From assembly GCA_963662665.2 (NCBI GenBank), contig CAXXJS010000063.1, positions 1 to 64,000 of the forward strand: a stretch of DNA of 64,000 nt. The letters are read 5' to 3'. The DNA is from Candidatus Latescibacterota bacterium (GTDB lineage Bacteria > Latescibacterota > UBA2968 > GCA-2709665). Every line of letters starts with the position of its first letter. The stretch's first letter is position 1. The translations under genes were made by a program, and so were the position numbers. This document shows positions 9,346 to 20,900 of this stretch, piece after piece. The notes beneath the pieces are model-generated. The model was not told where the DNA came from, made no database searches, and was given only the letters and a program-made list of their open reading frames with translations.

Positions 9346-12300
9346 ATGCGCGGATTGAAGACTCTCGTTCTGTTCTATATGTTATTGGCCTTTGCAAAAA
9401 CGGCCAACAGCGATTCGCTCGACGTGCGTGTCACCGGAACGCGTGGTGGGGTGGACAGCATTCATCTGCAGTTGGACGGGCGACGTTCTCCCGGCGCCTT
9501 AAATCCAGTACCGTCCACGTCTTCTCCAGTTGGAGACTTCGAGGAAATGCTTGAAGACTTGCGCAAGAACAACCGCAAGTCGCTTCTGGCGCTCAAACGG
9601 GACGTTGACGCGATGAACCTTGCGTTGGAGACCGGCACGGTGGGCGCGGACGAGACCCGCTTTCTACTGGCCGATATCCGGATGCGTCGGATTGACGCCC
9701 GCGTGAGTCTGAACCTGATGGGCTTTATGAACCGCGTCGCGCAACACCCGGACCTGGCGGGCCTGTGGGGAGCTCCGGTGCACCTGGTGATGCCCGTAAC
9801 GGCAACGCCGAACATCCTGTTGGTCAACCGGACCCGCGGACAGATGGCGGCCGACGTCTGGGACGCCGATACCATACGGGTGGGGTATATTCCGGCGTTC
9901 TCAGGATTCGCGAAGGAGGGCATGCCGGACGATAAAGCGCTGGAGAAGACGGCGAACGTGAACGCGGACGTTTCCGTGCATAGCGCCGAAGCCGTGGCGG
10001 CCGCGGTTGAGGGACTCGATGACGGGTCGGGCGGAGGCATATCGGGGGCGATGACAATCGTTTCGGTTTCCGATCCCGCTGGGATACACGCACCGCCGGG
10101 GGCGACGTCCAAAGACCCGCCCGCCCGCGGGGTACTGGTCTTTCCGTCTGCCATGGTACCGCGGCCGGAACGGCTGCTGCTGGATCGCGCTGAACCCGTC
10201 GCGATACGGGCGATGGAGGGCGTCCGGGTGATCCATCTGGTCAACAGCGACACGCTTCTGGCACGCCTGAATGCCCTTCCGGAGGCGCGAAGAATGGCTT
10301 TCGAACGGACAACCGGCCGTGAAAAGGGCTCCTGGTCCGGTCGCGTACCACGGCTCCAGCGGCAAATGACGGTCGGGACGGTCAGCCAACCCGGCAACAC
10401 CGGGCAGGCGGTTCCCAATGCGGCTCTCGCGACAGATCCCGGCGGACCGGAGGCGTTCAACGATGGGGTGGGACTTCTGGTTGCCGGCCGTTTCGACGAA
10501 GCCAGGCAGCGATTCGAGGATGCGATTACGGAAGACGACCAGCACGCGCCGTCCTACGTGGGGTTGGGCAGGGCACACATGGAACAGGGCGCACGGGAGG
10601 ACGCGAAATATTACCTCAAGAAGGCGTTGAAGCGGTCGCCGGGGTCTCCTTCGGCGTTGATGGCGCTCAGCGACGTGGCGTTGCGGGACGAGAACTGGGG
10701 AGATCAGAAAAAATGGTCGGGGCGGATTCTGGAACAGGATCCGGACAATACGGTGGCACTCTATCGACTGGCAATCGCGCACCGGGAAGCCGGCAAATAC
10801 CAGGCGACCGTGATGCGCTGGCTGAGTTGGCGGCGATCGGAGCGGTACTTCAGGCAACTCGTGGATAAAGCGCCGCAATTCCGTGACGCGTTGTATCAGT
10901 TTGCGGTTCTCAAACGCTACGACAAGGCGTTTGTCAAAGCGATCAGGCTGGGTGAGAATCAGGTGCGGATCAAGCCGGACGAACTCGTGCACCGGCGCAG
11001 GTTGCGACGTTTGTACCTATATCTCCTTGACAATATGGATCCGGAGGACGCGCTGAAATGGATGCGCAGGCACGGTTCGGAATATGCGCGTTATTTCGAG
11101 GGCGAGGCCCTGAGGCTCGCAGGGCAAACGGCCCGCGCCGACACGGTGTTGCGTAACTGGCTGGCGTCGCATCCGTCCCTGAGCGTGATACCGGCCTATC
11201 TCTCCCTGGCGCGGATCGCCTACGGACGCGATGACCTCGAGGCCGGAGAGGGCTATTACGACAGGGCGGTGGAGAACATCCGAGACTCCCTGGACGCCCG
11301 GCTGATGTATGAAGACGTCAAATATATCGTTACCGTAGAGGAAATGGATGCGTTTTCCAACCTAAAAACGCCGGAAGCTTATCGGGAGTTCTTCCGGAAG
11401 TTCTGGGTGAGCCGGGATCCCACCCCCGCCGTGTCACCCAACGTACGGCTGGCGGAACACTATCGACGGATCCTGTACGTCGAACGGTATTACATCTACG
11501 ACGGATTTCGTACCTGGTTCTACGATCCTGACAAAGACGACATGATTCCGTATCCGAGCACGATCGATTTGAACGACCGGTTCAACGACCCGGGACTGGT
11601 TTATATAAGGCACGGCCGTCCGTCGGATACGCAGAAGTTCTCAATGGCGGAAATATGGCACTACTGGCAGACGGATGAATTCCCCCAGATGGTGTTCAAT
11701 TTTGTCGCGACACCCAGCAGTATGGGCTCTAACTGGCGTCTGGTGGAATCCCTTTCCGGTTCGGGAAACTATGGCCAGCGGCTGCGATGGGAGAATGAGA
11801 AGTCCAGGCGTGAGGTGCGGCGGTCCGTAAAGATGGGGCTTGGGACGGACCGGCATTCCTGGGCGGACAAAGTGGACGAACTGGATTACGAATCCTACGT
11901 GGCATATTTCAAGGGCGAAGGGGGCAAGGGCGACGTTGAGTTGTATTACGGAATGCCGTTCAAGGCACTGAAAAAGGACTACGGCCGGTTGCCCGATTCG
12001 TCGGCGGTCTACGAGTACGGACTGGCCCTGCACGATCTGCAATGGAACAGGTTCGAGAACCTGACCGGACACGTCCGAAAGGCGGATGTGGAACGCTCGC
12101 GATACGAAGACCGGAGTTTCGGCGTACTTCGGGTTTCCGCAAATCCCGATTCAGGCCACGCGGCGTTCTTCCTGAGGCCCGCGCGGGGCCGTCTGCTGGG
12201 AGGTTGGAAGCAGGACGTGCGAATTCCGGACTTTTCGGAGACGGAACTGGAAATAAGCAGCGTCGTGCCGGCGCACGTGATCTGGCCCGACGTCGTGGGC

Positions 12301-12681
12301 AAGGACGGGTTCAATCTTCGAGGTATGCATGCCGTCCCGAATCCGTCGCTTCGATTCTCGCGTAAGGACCCGGTCTACATCTATTTCGAGCTTTACAATC
12401 TGACGCCCGACGAGCGAGGCACGACGTCGTTCGAGATCTCGTATGGTTTGACGCGATTGAAGCGGAAAGGCGTCAAGAGACTGCTCAGGATTTTCGGCAG
12501 CGGGAAAAAGCCCGCCACGACCGTCACCGTCTCGCAACTTGGCGATGCCCCGGATACCAGGGAGTTTCGCTCGCTGGACCTGAGCAAAGCCGGCGGCGGG
12601 GAGTTTCTGCTGAAGGTAAAGGTCCGCGATCTCCACGCCGGCACGGAGCGTGAGGAGACGGTGGAGCTGGTACTGGAATAG
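9346..12681 (+). CDS. Exported TPR + GWxTD-like domain protein with long N-terminal extension
   Basis: Signal peptide MRGLKTLVLFYMLLAFAKTA, TPR repeats, FWVSRDPTP..N.RLAEHYRR, degenerate motif FNDPGLVYIRHGRP, and C-terminal beta-sandwich (PNPS..YIYFELYNL). Confidence 0.8.
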   Translation: MRGLKTLVLFYMLLAFAKTANSDSLDVRVTGTRGGVDSIHLQLDGRRSPGALNPVPSTSSPVGDFEEMLEDLRKNNRKSLLALKRDVDAMNLALETGTVGADETRFLLADIRMRRIDARVSLNLMGFMNRVAQHPDLAGLWGAPVHLVMPVTATPNILLVNRTRGQMAADVWDADTIRVGYIPAFSGFAKEGMPDDKALEKTANVNADVSVHSAEAVAAAVEGLDDGSGGGISGAMTIVSVSDPAGIHAPPGATSKDPPARGVLVFPSAMVPRPERLLLDRAEPVAIRAMEGVRVIHLVNSDTLLARLNALPEARRMAFERTTGREKGSWSGRVPRLQRQMTVGTVSQPGNTGQAVPNAALATDPGGPEAFNDGVGLLVAGRFDEARQRFEDAITEDDQHAPSYVGLGRAHMEQGAREDAKYYLKKALKRSPGSPSALMALSDVALRDENWGDQKKWSGRILEQDPDNTVALYRLAIAHREAGKYQATVMRWLSWRRSERYFRQLVDKAPQFRDALYQFAVLKRYDKAFVKAIRLGENQVRIKPDELVHRRRLRRLYLYLLDNMDPEDALKWMRRHGSEYARYFEGEALRLAGQTARADTVLRNWLASHPSLSVIPAYLSLARIAYGRDDLEAGEGYYDRAVENIRDSLDARLMYEDVKYIVTVEEMDAFSNLKTPEAYREFFRKFWVSRDPTPAVSPNVRLAEHYRRILYVERYYIYDGFRTWFYDPDKDDMIPYPSTIDLNDRFNDPGLVYIRHGRPSDTQKFSMAEIWHYWQTDEFPQMVFNFVATPSSMGSNWRLVESLSGSGNYGQRLRWENEKSRREVRRSVKMGLGTDRHSWADKVDELDYESYVAYFKGEGGKGDVELYYGMPFKALKKDYGRLPDSSAVYEYGLALHDLQWNRFENLTGHVRKADVERSRYEDRSFGVLRVSANPDSGHAAFFLRPARGRLLGGWKQDVRIPDFSETELEISSVVPAHVIWPDVVGKDGFNLRGMHAVPNPSLRFSRKDPVYIYFELYNLTPDERGTTSFEISYGLTRLKRKGVKRLLRIFGSGKKPATTVTVSQLGDAPDTREFRSLDLSKAGGGEFLLKVKVRDLHAGTEREETVELVLE

Positions 12682-12797
12682 CCAGTATTCCTGACCCCTC
12701 CCGACCATGCAAACAGAGTTATCAGTGGCCAGTGGTCAGCAAGAACCGAAGAAAGGTGACGTCTACGCGATTTTGTGGACGGCCGCGAAAGGCGAGG

Positions 12798-12836
12798 CCC
12801 TCACTCCCCAACCCCCTCTCCCAGTGGGAGAGGGGG
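12798..12836. repeat. REP-like hairpin element
   Basis: CCCTCACTCCCCAACCCCCTCTCCC-AGT-GGGAGAGGGGG with a perfect 11-bp stem, intergenic. Confidence 0.7.
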
Positions 12837-12983
12837 AAGAAAACCAGGCGGGCTGCATCTTGCGGACATGCGCGGGTCCGTTTTGTGGTCATTTCCAGTC
12901 CACCCGGACGAGTAAGCGCAAACCTGCTCACCTGAGACGGCTTCAAATTTCCGAAAGAACTGCCTATCTCCTGGGGGTTCAAA

Positions 12984-15308
12984 ATGAGACCAGCAGCGGT
13001 TATGGAGGTTCTGGCAATTGCCGCGATGACATTGTTCAACGCGGAGGCCGGGTTGACATCAATGCCCAGTGAGGACCGTACGTTGGTGCAAAATCTCTAC
13101 AATGAGGGGATGGACCTGCTCGACAGCGACAGCCTGGACGCGGCCGCGTCAAAATTCCGCGCGGCTATCGAGATCGACAGGAAACATGCGCCTTCGCACG
13201 TCGGTCTGGGCCATGTGTTTCTAGAGAATGGAGATTTGAAAGCCGCCGAACGGGCATTTATGGACGCGCGGCGGAGGCAGCATAAATACGCTCCGGCGTA
13301 CAACGGTCTCGGGCTGGTGTGGCGAGAAAAACCGAAGGGTATGTACACGGCGATCGACTATTTCAAACTGGCGTTGCGATATGACCGAAACTATCTGGAA
13401 GCGCGCTATCATATCGCCGAGGCGAGGTATGCATTGGGGGAACACGATGTAAGGCGCGAAGCGGAAAAGCTGATCCAAATGGATGCTACGTTTGCCCCGG
13501 CGCACCGGCTGCTCGGTGAATGGTATGAGACATTCAAGGAAGATCATCTGCGCGCGGCCGAGCACTACGAACGATTCCTCACGCTTCAGCCCGATGATCT
13601 AAACGTCATTCTGCGTCTGGCCAGCGCGTTCGGTAAAGCCGGTAACTACGCTCGGGTTGTGGACCTGCTGCGCGGACAGACGCTGCTCCATCCCGATGCC
13701 ATCGGGGCCTCGCCCATCCTGGCGAATGCCTACATAGAACTGGATTCCCTTGACCAGGCAGAGGTTGCCTACGAGGGCTTTCTCGGAGCCTGTGAACCGG
13801 CTGAACGGCTGCTGTATGAGGATATCCGTCTTCTGGCTTCTCCCGACGAGTACGAGGCGTTTGCTCAGGCGCCGGATCGAGACGCCTACCTGGCCCGGTT
13901 CTGGGGAGACAGGGACCCGGATCTGACAACCGCCGCGAACGAGCGGCAATTGGAGCATTACCGGCGTGTATGGTTCGCGCGGCAGCACTTCGCCAAAGCG
14001 AAGCAGCCGTGGGATACGCGGGGTGAGATTTACGTAAGATTCGGCGAACCCGACCATCGTTCGAGGTCAGACTGGAGGAATTTTCAGCAGAAAGTGGATG
14101 TACAGAGAGTGAAGGAAGCCCTTGCGATCCAGCTTCACGGTGCTGCGGTATCGCAATGGGGCACAATCCTGGTCGCCTTTCCTGTGCGCAGCCTTCCGGA
14201 AGACTATGGAGGCTTCAAAGCACCCACGCATAGTCCGGTGCTGGCCAATGGTATGGATACGTCAATGGTCCCGTGGGAAAGCTGGGTTTACGTCAATAAC
14301 GGTGTGGGCGGCGGAATGGAGGTGACGTTTACGGACGAGATGTTGAACGGGGATTTTGATTTCGCACCGCCGCCGACCGACGTGGATATCGACATCCAAA
14401 AGCTGGCCGCGTTCAACCGGTTAAGCCCCCGAAATGTGAGCATGCGAACCGCGGCGCGATACCCCGACTACTACCAGCCGCCTGAGAATGAATATCCGCT
14501 GGAGTTCTACTACGATCTGGCGGATTTCCGCGGGAGGATCGACGCGGCGTCGGCTTTGGAGGTCTATGCGGGGATTCCGCAGGAATCAGCGCAATACCTG
14601 GAGGCAGAAGACGCAACGACGCTGGACGTCGAACGGACAGTGGCTCTATTGAACAAAGAAACGGGTCAGGTTTACCGCGAAAAAGGCGACGTACGGTTCC
14701 GGCGGCAGGGAGACGTGAGGCAACAGGAGGGGGCGTTTATTCCTGACGTCGTTCGGCTGGACGTCCCGCCGGGTCACTACCGGATGGAGGTAAAGGCCAG
14801 GGACAAACGCACCGGGAGGCGTGGGAGATACCGACAGTTTATCGAGGTGGAAGCCTATCCGGAGACCGGCCTTCGGATGAGCGACCTTGAGTTGGCCTGG
14901 CGGATCACTGAGAACAATGAGGACGGCAAGTTCAGCAAGGGAGAACTGCACGTGGTACCGATGCCGACGCGAACGTACGGTAAGGGCCACAGCGTCAGCG
15001 TGTATTACGAAATTTATAATCTGGCCAGGGATACGTTCGGGAGGACAAGATACCGCGTCGCCTACACTGTGGGCAGAAAGGGAGCCTCAGATGTTGGCAA
15101 TATCGCACGGCTTGTGAGGCTGCGAGGGAATCGGCAGGTGGAGGTTGAAGTGGCATCCGAGCAGATTGGGACGGAACCCACGGTGGTGGAATACGTAGCG
15201 ATTCAACTGGGCCACCAAAACGACGGGCGGCAGGTGCTGCAGGTGTCGGTTACGGATTTGAACAGCGGTGAGACCGTGACCAAGGATGCGGGGTTCGTGG
15301 TGAGGTGA
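12984..15308 (+). CDS. Exported TPR + GWxTD domain protein
   Basis: Signal-like N-terminus, TPRs, FWGDRDPDL..NERQLEHYRR, PWDTRGEIYVRFGEPD, and C-terminal MSDLEL..VPMP..VYYEIYNL. Confidence 0.85.
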   Translation: MRPAAVMEVLAIAAMTLFNAEAGLTSMPSEDRTLVQNLYNEGMDLLDSDSLDAAASKFRAAIEIDRKHAPSHVGLGHVFLENGDLKAAERAFMDARRRQHKYAPAYNGLGLVWREKPKGMYTAIDYFKLALRYDRNYLEARYHIAEARYALGEHDVRREAEKLIQMDATFAPAHRLLGEWYETFKEDHLRAAEHYERFLTLQPDDLNVILRLASAFGKAGNYARVVDLLRGQTLLHPDAIGASPILANAYIELDSLDQAEVAYEGFLGACEPAERLLYEDIRLLASPDEYEAFAQAPDRDAYLARFWGDRDPDLTTAANERQLEHYRRVWFARQHFAKAKQPWDTRGEIYVRFGEPDHRSRSDWRNFQQKVDVQRVKEALAIQLHGAAVSQWGTILVAFPVRSLPEDYGGFKAPTHSPVLANGMDTSMVPWESWVYVNNGVGGGMEVTFTDEMLNGDFDFAPPPTDVDIDIQKLAAFNRLSPRNVSMRTAARYPDYYQPPENEYPLEFYYDLADFRGRIDAASALEVYAGIPQESAQYLEAEDATTLDVERTVALLNKETGQVYREKGDVRFRRQGDVRQQEGAFIPDVVRLDVPPGHYRMEVKARDKRTGRRGRYRQFIEVEAYPETGLRMSDLELAWRITENNEDGKFSKGELHVVPMPTRTYGKGHSVSVYYEIYNLARDTFGRTRYRVAYTVGRKGASDVGNIARLVRLRGNRQVEVEVASEQIGTEPTVVEYVAIQLGHQNDGRQVLQVSVTDLNSGETVTKDAGFVVR

Positions 15309-15357
15309 TGCAGGCCGCGGGTACACGCACGAGCCTGGTGGCGTTGCATGTCACTGG

Positions 15358-17787
15358 ATGGCTTTGCATATGGGCGTTTTGAGTTCTGAGACATCTTGTC
15401 GGCTGGCAGAGCTAACTACTCGAACAGTTGTCATCGTAGCGGTGCTAATGACGGCAGCCGAAGTACTGGCCGGTCCGAACGATGCGCGAAGAGATTCGCT
15501 GTATGGCGAGGCATTGGCGAACGTCGGCCAAGTGCATCCGAAGGCGAGTATAGAGGCGTTTGAACAGGTCTTGAAGCTGGACTGGAAGTTCGCGCCCGCG
15601 CACTTTGAGATTGCGAAACAGTATATGGAAATGAACACGCCGCTCACGCGCCAGAGCGCGCGGAAAGCGCTGAATGAGGCGATGCGCCTCGACCCTGAGA
15701 ACAAAGACTTTCAGATGACGCTTGGCGAATTGCTCAGCCGGCAGGGTTTCTGGTGGCATGCGGTGCGTCACTACGAAAAACTGTTACAAGCGGAGCCGGA
15801 AAACGCAGAGGCGTTGTACTGGGCCGGGTATTATGCAGCGCAGGATTATCTTCGCTATATCGACAGGCAGGACCCGTTCATCTATTTCGACAAGACCGTT
15901 GGACGGATGTTCTACTGGAAAAACTTCGCCATACAGGACCTGGAACGTGCTACGACACATTTCCACCAGAGCATTGAAGCGGATCCAGCTCTACGAGGCC
16001 CATATTACCATCTTGGACTGCTGCATTATGAAACCGGACAGCCGGAAGAGATGATCATGGTCTTCAATCGATACCTGGAACAGGTGTCGGAGGACAAGGA
16101 TGCGTTCCTGTTCTGCGGTCTGGGGTACCAGATGCTGGGTGAAATGGACGTGGCGTATAGCTATTATACACGTGCCCTGGAGCGGATGAGCAGCGAAGAG
16201 CGCGCCATGATCGAGGCCGTGGACATTCTCGCGTCGGCTGAGGAACGGAAGCGCCTGGCGCAAGCGATCGCGTATGCCGACAACGGCGGTAAGGATCGGA
16301 CAGATGTCGCGCGGGAGCGTTACTGGCGCAGGCATGATCCGCTGTTCCTGACGTCGTTCAACGAGCGGAAGATGGAACATTTCGGCCGCGTGGCATACGC
16401 GAACCTGAGATACAGCCGCCCTTTCAAGGGTATCGCGGGATGGCGGACGGACACGGGCAAGACGTTTATCAAGTTTGGACGGTACATTAGACGCGTTTCC
16501 TTCAGCAGGGCGAAAACCTGGTTTTATGAGACGTTTAGCATTTCGTTTAAAAGCAGCGACGGGATAGACGGATGGCGGTTTGCTCTCGGGAAGGCCGGCG
16601 GGAAGAGTATGAGAAAGCAGTTGGCAAGTGTCCGTATAACGGACGATCGGGATATGTACAACGTCACACGATGGAGGGATGACCTGGGCGATTTTTATTC
16701 CGGAAAAAATCGAATGGCCCTGCAGGACCGGCCTGCGCCACCCTCGCGGCATGTGTATCGAGACACGCCCCAGCGGTATATCGATCCGTATCGCGAGTTG
16801 AAATATCAGATGCCGCACCAGGTCTCTGCGTTTCAGGAGCGCGACAGCATTCGCGTGGAATTCGCCTACGCGATTCCAAAGACACGGGTCCGGTTATCCG
16901 AACCGAACGGATTTCTGAATCTCGAGGATGGTGTGTTTCTGTTTGATGAACGTTGGGACGAGGTCTACAGGAAGAAAATGGACGTAGCCACGCGGTGGCC
17001 GGATTTCGACCGGGTCGCAAAAACAGTCCGCGACAGCATCCGGCACAACCACATGGTGTCGTTCCGGACGTTGCGGGTTGCGCCAGAACCGCAACGCCTT
17101 GTTGTCGAGGTCCGGGACCGTGGCACGGGATCGATCGGGACGTTTCGCGAATTCCGCGAGTTCCGGACCGTGGACTCTCTGATGGCCATGAGCGATCTGT
17201 TACTGGCGTCCGGCATCCAGCCAAAAACGGCGTTTCCCGAAGGACGCGACGACCTGCGCGTCATGCCAAATCCTCTCCATACGTACGGCGGATCCGAACC
17301 GGTGTTTATCTATCTCGAGATATACAATCTCAAGGAAGACAGGTTCGGGCGGACCAAATACCGGATTTCCTACCGGTTGACACTCCCGGACCGCGAGGAG
17401 ATCCGGCCCGAACAGTTCGCCGCCCTGGATGCGCAGGGAGCGGGCGCCGCGGTGGAAATTCAGACCATCGTGGAGGAATCGATCATCGAGAACGAGGAAG
17501 ACCTCCGGCGGGACGAAAATGAGGCGTCCGTTCGTTACCGCGTGAAGTACATCCTGCCGGAACGCAACAAGATCTCCGAAGAGATCGAGAATACGCCGCG
17601 CACGAAAGAAGGCACCGAGACGACGGTCACGGCACAATACCGGGGAATTCAGAAGGATGACTTCACCTTCCTGCAGATCGACGCGACCAACGCCCGCGCC
17701 GGTTTCCACAAGCTGATCGTAACCGTGAAGGACCTCTACACCGGTCAGACCGCGGAACGGGACGTCGTGTTCCGGGTGGTTGAGTGA
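15358..17787 (+). CDS. Exported TPR + GWxTD domain protein (start uncertain)
   Basis: Hydrophobic leader TVVIVAVLMTAAEVLA, TPRs, YWRRHDPL..NERKMEHFGRVAYANLRY, GWRTDTGKTFIKFG, MSDLLLA, YLEIYNL. Confidence 0.85.
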   Translation: MALHMGVLSSETSCRLAELTTRTVVIVAVLMTAAEVLAGPNDARRDSLYGEALANVGQVHPKASIEAFEQVLKLDWKFAPAHFEIAKQYMEMNTPLTRQSARKALNEAMRLDPENKDFQMTLGELLSRQGFWWHAVRHYEKLLQAEPENAEALYWAGYYAAQDYLRYIDRQDPFIYFDKTVGRMFYWKNFAIQDLERATTHFHQSIEADPALRGPYYHLGLLHYETGQPEEMIMVFNRYLEQVSEDKDAFLFCGLGYQMLGEMDVAYSYYTRALERMSSEERAMIEAVDILASAEERKRLAQAIAYADNGGKDRTDVARERYWRRHDPLFLTSFNERKMEHFGRVAYANLRYSRPFKGIAGWRTDTGKTFIKFGRYIRRVSFSRAKTWFYETFSISFKSSDGIDGWRFALGKAGGKSMRKQLASVRITDDRDMYNVTRWRDDLGDFYSGKNRMALQDRPAPPSRHVYRDTPQRYIDPYRELKYQMPHQVSAFQERDSIRVEFAYAIPKTRVRLSEPNGFLNLEDGVFLFDERWDEVYRKKMDVATRWPDFDRVAKTVRDSIRHNHMVSFRTLRVAPEPQRLVVEVRDRGTGSIGTFREFREFRTVDSLMAMSDLLLASGIQPKTAFPEGRDDLRVMPNPLHTYGGSEPVFIYLEIYNLKEDRFGRTKYRISYRLTLPDREEIRPEQFAALDAQGAGAAVEIQTIVEESIIENEEDLRRDENEASVRYRVKYILPERNKISEEIENTPRTKEGTETTVTAQYRGIQKDDFTFLQIDATNARAGFHKLIVTVKDLYTGQTAERDVVFRVVE

Positions 17788-17949
17788 GGCACCGGGCATG
17801 CGGCGGAGTTAAATCTGCTGGCACTCACCGGGATGTCGCGGTGTCGAATTGCGTTTTTCGAAAGCGATATTGATAATTTAGGATATAAATAGCTATTTTA
17901 CTTGATACTATTCGAATAATTCGTCATATAAATTTCGAAAAATTCAAGG

Positions 17950-20900
17950 ATGAGACGATTGGAGGAGCCGTTGCTCCATAAAACCAGAAACCTCGTGGAG
18001 GACTGGCGGGAAGGCGACGCCCGCAAGCTCGCCACGCTCGAGATGGAAGCGGACGTGGGCTGGCCGGGCGGCGGCGGATGGCAGACGACCCCCGAGGAGC
18101 AGGAACGAAACATCCGGGAGAGCAACCTGCTGGGGGCCACTCGTCACGGAGAATGAGGAGCGCATTATCAGCCTATGCCTGATACGAGCGACGCCTGGAC
18201 AGAAGGCGCAGGCGTTCATACCGCACCTCAACTGCCACCCGGACTTCCACGGGAAGAAGCACGGAAAGTCGGCGCTGTGGGGCGCGATGGAACGCGCGTA
18301 CGAGGCAGGCTATCAGCGGGTCGATCTGTACACCTGGCCGGGGAACCTGCAGGCCGTTCCCCTGTACAAGAAGATGGGCTTCATGTGGCGGCCGGACTCG
18401 TCCGTGCACATGGAGAATTTCACGCCCGCCGCCCGCCGGCATCCGCTCGCCGCCGCGTTTTTCGCCAGGCACGATTGGTATGAGACCCAGGTCCGGGAAC
18501 TCAGCCCCGAAGAGGACGTGATGACGCGGGGCAGGGTGAAGGTTTACGAATACCTCTGGCGCGCCCCGGACGGCGATCTGCTCAGGCTGGTGTTCGACCG
18601 CCAGAGTTGGGGGATCATCGAGCTCGAGAACAATGAACTGACGGTCTCGTGCAGCCTGCCCGATGAGAAACTGGTCGCGGGGGTCCCCCACGCTGTCCGC
18701 TGGCGAATCGTGAACAAGAAGCCGCAACCGGCACGCGTCTTTCTCACGGCCTCGGGCGATCCGGGTGTCAGGATCGACAAGCGTGAGGCGATGGATGCCA
18801 CGGACGCTACCGAAATAGAGAGTACGTTCATCATCGACCCGGGTATCGAGGAGAAGACGCGCGAACCCAAAGCGGCGTTGCTGCGGACCGACCTGGTGAT
18901 CGACGGGGTGGGGATCGAACTCGCGGCGGGGATGGATGTACGCCAGGCCGTGGACGTTTCCGTCGATGCGCCCCGCTCCATCCTGGCGCCGGGGATGCCT
19001 CAGGACGCCACGCTGACCCTGCAATCCAACCTGGACGAGGCGTGTACGGTGAGACTTCGGGTCATGCCTGCCGGCGGCGTGGAAGTCAACGCCGGTGAGC
19101 GGCAGGTGGGGCTCGATCCGAAGGGCGGGGCCGAGTTGGTTGTACCGATTACGGCACCTCGGGCCGGGCAGGCTGCCATTGACGTGGAGACAGTCGCGTT
19201 GATGGACAGCAAGGAAATTCCGGTCAAGACCAAACGTCTCGACCTTTTGGCCGTTGAGCCAGGGGGGGTGTCCGGTGGCGTTGGGACGAAAAGCGCCCTG
19301 CTCTGCGGCGGCGGACTGATGGTCAGCGCCGATTTGCGCAGCGGCGAGATATTCATCTTTCACACGCTGCGGGCGCTGAGGTCCCGCCGGCTGAAACTGC
19401 AGACCCCGAGGCTCGGCCCGCCGTTTTCCGGCGGCGACCTGTTTCAGGAGAAGGCGGAGGCGCGGATCGAGCGGGACACCTTCGGGGTTGAGCTCCGGCT
19501 TCGGACGCCTTCCGTAATTCGCCCGGGCGTGTGGCTGGAACGAAGCGTTCGGGTTGGACAGGGACCCCTGGTCAGGGTGCTGGATACGGTAATCAACGGA
19601 ACTTCGCTGCCGCTGGATCTATCGGTGTCGCAAAGCTGGTGGATGCAAATGGGCCGCACTGCGTCGCTGGTCGTGCCGGGGAAGCAGGGGGTGTCCCGGC
19701 AGGCCTTCGGATCGGGAGGACGGGACCTGGATAACCTCAGACTTTCGGATGAAGCGTGGCCCGAAGGATGGTTCTGCGTGGAGAAAGCGAATGGCTGTAC
19801 CACCGGAATTCTGTGGGACCGGGCCGAACGGGTGAGCCCCGGCCCGTGGGGCAGTCTTCGAACTCGATCCGTCCGCGTAGAGCCGGGTGCGTCCAGGTCG
19901 CTGGACCCGGTCAACGCCTTTTTCGGAGACGGCAACTGGGAGACGGTCCGGTCCTGGTGGCGGACCCTGTTCGGCAGCGTTCCGGAGGTTGAGACATCCT
20001 CATCGCCAACGCGAAGGCCGATCGAGTGCTGCATCGAGCCGCGCCCGTTGATTGTGGCTGGAGAGCCCGTGGAAGCGACACTGCGCCTGGACCACGTGGG
20101 CAGACACCAGCTGGACGGAGAACTGAACCTGGAGGAATCCGCCGGTTTGCGCCCGGACGTACGGACCGTCAAGGTCACGGGGCTTTGCCAGTCCAAACCG
20201 GCTGTCCGGAAGGTGGCCTTTCGTCCAACAGAGCGAGTCTGGCCGGGCGCTGAGGATATCCGTGCGCGTTTCGAGACCGATGAGGCGGTCTACCGGTTTA
20301 CGGAAAAGGCGCTGGTCCTCCCCGCCGCCGCACAAGAGGTCTCGGTGTCGCGCCAGGAAAAGAGTCGCGTCATTGCGGTTGACAACGGGATATTATCCGT
20401 GAAGGTTGCGCCCTCTTTCATTGGATCCGTAATCTCGCTCCGACGCGACGGCACGGAATATCTCAACTGTCCGTATCCCGACGTAGCGCCCCTGGCGTGG
20501 ATGAACCCCTGGCACGGCGGTATTTCTCCCGAGTACGACCGGCTCGAGGATACGCTCTACAAGGAGCGGTTCCGGTACCGGGTGACTGAGCGGAAGGGTC
20601 GTCAGGGCCTGGTCTGGCGCGGGGTGCGCGTCCACTGCCGCATCGCGCAGGAGCACGCCCGGGGTCAGTCGATCGCATGGGAGTACCTGCTCGCGCCCGG
20701 CGCGGACGTTCTGGCCATTCGCGTGACGTGCCGCGACGTACTCGGAATCGGCGCCGATGGGGACCTGGGCTTTGGCGTCTGGCCCGCGTTCGCCGCGTCA
20801 CCCGGGACGGCCACATTTTACAACGCAAACGAAGCCTCCGTCTCGACACGAGCGGCGCCCCATTGGACCAGCGGTGGAAACTGGGACTGGGGAGGGATCG

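Noticed and set aside
12957-12983. GAACTG-N16-TCAAA sigmaE-like promoter before the second GWxTD gene
   Set aside because: Both boxes differ from the two matching GAACCT-N16-GTCT sites, and it abuts the ATG at 12984. It could only work if the start is 13002, so support is insufficient.
12707-13072. Small ORFs between the first two GWxTD genes
   Set aside because: They merely read through a REP-like hairpin (ALTPQPPLPVGEG) and have no family motif.
18130-18156. Programmed frameshift in the GNAT gene
   Set aside because: No slippery heptamer is visible, only a GGGGG run, and the window has other indel errors.
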